This document shows, in pieces, positions 61,608 through 64,000 of a DNA stretch of 64,000 bases. The translations under genes were made by a program, and so were the position numbers. Within the stretch, counting starts at the first letter, position 1. Every line of letters begins with the position of its first letter. Source of the DNA: Squalus acanthias (taxonomy: Eukaryota); contig CM059431.1 in NCBI GenBank assembly GCA_030390025.1, positions 147,748,001 to 147,812,000 of the forward strand. The letters are read 5' to 3'. Under the pieces are notes generated by a model. That model ran no database searches and was not told where the DNA came from. It saw only the letters and a program-made list of their open reading frames with translations.

Positions 61608-62350
61608 TTATCGTAATAATTCAAGATCTGTTCCTGAAATGTAATAGTATATTAAATATATAACATATACCAACCACAGAAGTATGAAGCTGGCGGATAT
61701 GGTGAGGAGTAAAATCACAGACTTCCTTCTGGTCTCCATCTCTGGGTCTCTGCCATTCTCTCCCTTGCTCTCACCCCTCAGTCCCTTACGGACTCGACCG
61801 GCCACTAAAATGTTTTTGACTGTCAGAGCGTTGAGCAACAGAATTAAAGCGAATGGGAGCAATGGGTTTAAAACCGTATCAAACCAGTCAAAACCCACCC
61901 ATCCGGGCTCAGTAAAATAGCTTGGCTTTACAACACAGAACAGTGGCACATTGTCAATTTTCTCTGCAGGTTCGTTTATAAAGTAGAAGGGAACGTTTTT
62001 TAAACAGAGCAATATGCCAGTTGTTGCTAGAACCACAGCCGCAGTTTTCTCGGTGATATATTTTGTTTTAAGCTTCTGGCAACAAATGGCCACAAATCCA
62101 TCAAAGGTGAAAGTGATGGTGAACCAGACAGAACAGTCTGCAGCTGCACGAGTCAGGACAAGGATAACACTACACACAGGGGTGATGTCCAGGAAAGACA
62201 AAGGGAAATAATACCAGTTGATCTGCCTCAGTATCACCTCAGTGATAATAACCAGTAGATCCGCCGCTGCCATGGCCACCAGGTAGCGAGTGGTGCAGTT
62301 GGAGAGCCCACACTTTCACCAGGACTGGATCACAATCGCCACCAAATTAA
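61608..62350 (-). pseudogene. GPR139-like class A GPCR, exon 2, pseudogene
   Basis: Acceptor tttttacAG at 62351-62352; NLVAIVIQSW*KCGLSNCTTRYLVAMAAADLLV...TFDGFVAICC...LPFALILLLNAL...RRKSVILL; in-frame TGA at 62316-62318; TM7 absent. Confidence 0.88.
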
Positions 62351-62944
62351 CTGTAAAAAAGAGAAGGGAAAAGAGACTGGAAATTACTGATCACACATTC
62401 ACCGTGTCTGAGCCCAGTCAGTCAGAGCTGGATTACAGTACTAAAAATGGGTGGGTTGGGGGTGGGTCAGAGTTTAAAATTTAAAAAATATCATACCGAA
62501 CCCAAGCCTCCAATCAGCCTGCTTCCCACTATAACGGAGACGGGACACGGGCGGGCAGCTAACCGCTCCCTGGAGGCGGGTTGGCAATTTCAATATTTTA
62601 ATGAGGCTGCAGCCACTGATTGAACCTGTTTTACAGCATTAATTCTGGCCTCGGGAAATCCGGGACACGAAGGGAGGCCTGGACAGCTTCGTGGACAATG
62701 TATTTGCCGCCACAGCACTGCTTGCTGGCCAGGGGGCGGAGGAATTCTTCCTGAATGCGCCACTAGCTCCCCCTCCCCTTAGACCAACCCCCATACAAAG
62801 AAACCCGCGGTCGGAGCCCCCGAGTCCTGGAGAGGAACCCCCTGAATCCGAAACTCCAACCCCTCCTGTTCAACCCGCCCCTGCTTACATCCAGGCCTAA
62901 GTATTTGAGCAAATCAAAATAGTGAGACTGTTATCAACCTGTTA

Positions 62945-63290
62945 ACAAACAGAGAACTCTGCAAACATTCAGCAGTTCAGGCAGCATCTGTGGAGAGAGA
63001 AACAGAGCGAACATTTAATGGGAACATTCAAGAATCAATATATTGGTCCAGAGGCATTTTGGAAGTATTGGGTTGGCAAGTGGCATCGTCAGAACATGTG
63101 CAGCGGAGATGGAGAAACAGGGAGAATGGAATAGAGTCCTTCCAGGAAGCGGGGAGGGAGGATATATAATAAAGGTAGCTGTGGGAGTCGGTGGGCATAT
63201 AGTAGATATTGGTGAGCAGCCTATTCCCTGAATCTGAGTTAGAGAAGTCGTGGAAGGGACGTGTCAGAGAAGGACAATGTGAAGGCGGGG
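62945..63290 (-). mobile_element. degraded Penelope fragments
   Basis: Tail sequence ggcagcatctgtggagagagaaacagag, plus reverse-strand similarity to the YKPTDSHSY region. Confidence 0.7.
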
Positions 63291-63589
63291 CAGGGGCTCA
63301 AATAACACGCAAATACCGCATGGGGCCTTCGGAAAGTGCCAGCGGGAGAGGGTGCAGGTAAACTGGCCGGGAAATGACCTCATGGTGTCTGTCAGGTAAG
63401 ATCCCGTCCGCTGTGAGTTTGGGAGAAGTCGGGTTTCCTGGCCTTTTGATCAGCGAGGTGCGGACTGACAGCTCCGAACCCAGAAGGAAGGGAGTCCCGC
63501 GTGTTGTAGGACAGTAGGCTCATCAACCAATTCCTGAGGATTCAGAGCCCGAGAAAGGGAAAGAGATCTGTGAGGTTATATTAAACATA

Positions 63590-64000
63590 AATCAACCTTG
63601 GTTACACCACACTGAGCGAACTTGTGATCTCCATCTTAGAAAAAGCCGATCAAGGCACTGGGGAAGGTGCAACATCTTTTCCAAGATGATACCATAACTG
63701 AGAGATTTTACCTTCAGTAAAGTCTGAACTGGCTGTGGCCCTTTTCACTAGATAAGAGAAGGCTGAGGGTGACCGAATAGAGACTTTTGAAATTGTGAAT
63801 CGGTAACATAGGGTAGATGTCAAGAAGATATTTCCATTATTGAATGAGTCAAAGTCTAGAGATAATCAATATAAGATAGACACCAATCAAATCAATCAGG
63901 AAGTCAGAAGAAATTTCTTTATTCAGAAAGTGCGTAGAATGTGGAACCTGCTACAACAAGGAATAGTTGAGGTGAACAGCATAGATGCAATTAAGGGAAG
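63590..64000 (+). mobile_element. CR1 3' fragment
   Basis: Decayed CR1 C-terminal sequence (agaagaaatttctttattcaga...gtggaacc). Confidence 0.7.

Overview
Repeat-dominated vertebrate genomic DNA, most likely from a shark or other chondrichthyan. That assignment is an inference from the V-SINE/HE1-type SINE, the CR1, Penelope and Tx1 families and the GPR139-like GPCR pieces. The left half is a decaying tRNA gene cluster (Asn, Val, Glu, Trp, Lys x4, Thr x3) partly multiplied by local duplications and invaded by CR1, RTE, SINE and Penelope elements. Larger features: (1) a full-length CR1 LINE with three ~301-bp tandem 5' monomers; (2) a young Penelope element with RT, GIY-YIG, a minimal hammerhead ribozyme and a 16-bp TSD, inserted in a 26-bp minisatellite; (3) several TSD-flanked palindromic mini-elements carrying hammerhead motifs; (4) a complete but mutated 8.2-kb endogenous retrovirus on the minus strand, with a Lys-type PBS, an in-frame UGA-CGG gag-pol junction, gamma-type env and a candidate small transmembrane accessory ORF; (5) an unidentified ~1.6-kb tandem unit with promoter and exon-like architecture; (6) exon 1 and exon 2 of two different GPR139-like GPCR gene copies; (7) several minisatellites. 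No intact host protein-coding gene is fully contained in the window. All family calls come from motif recognition, not database searches.
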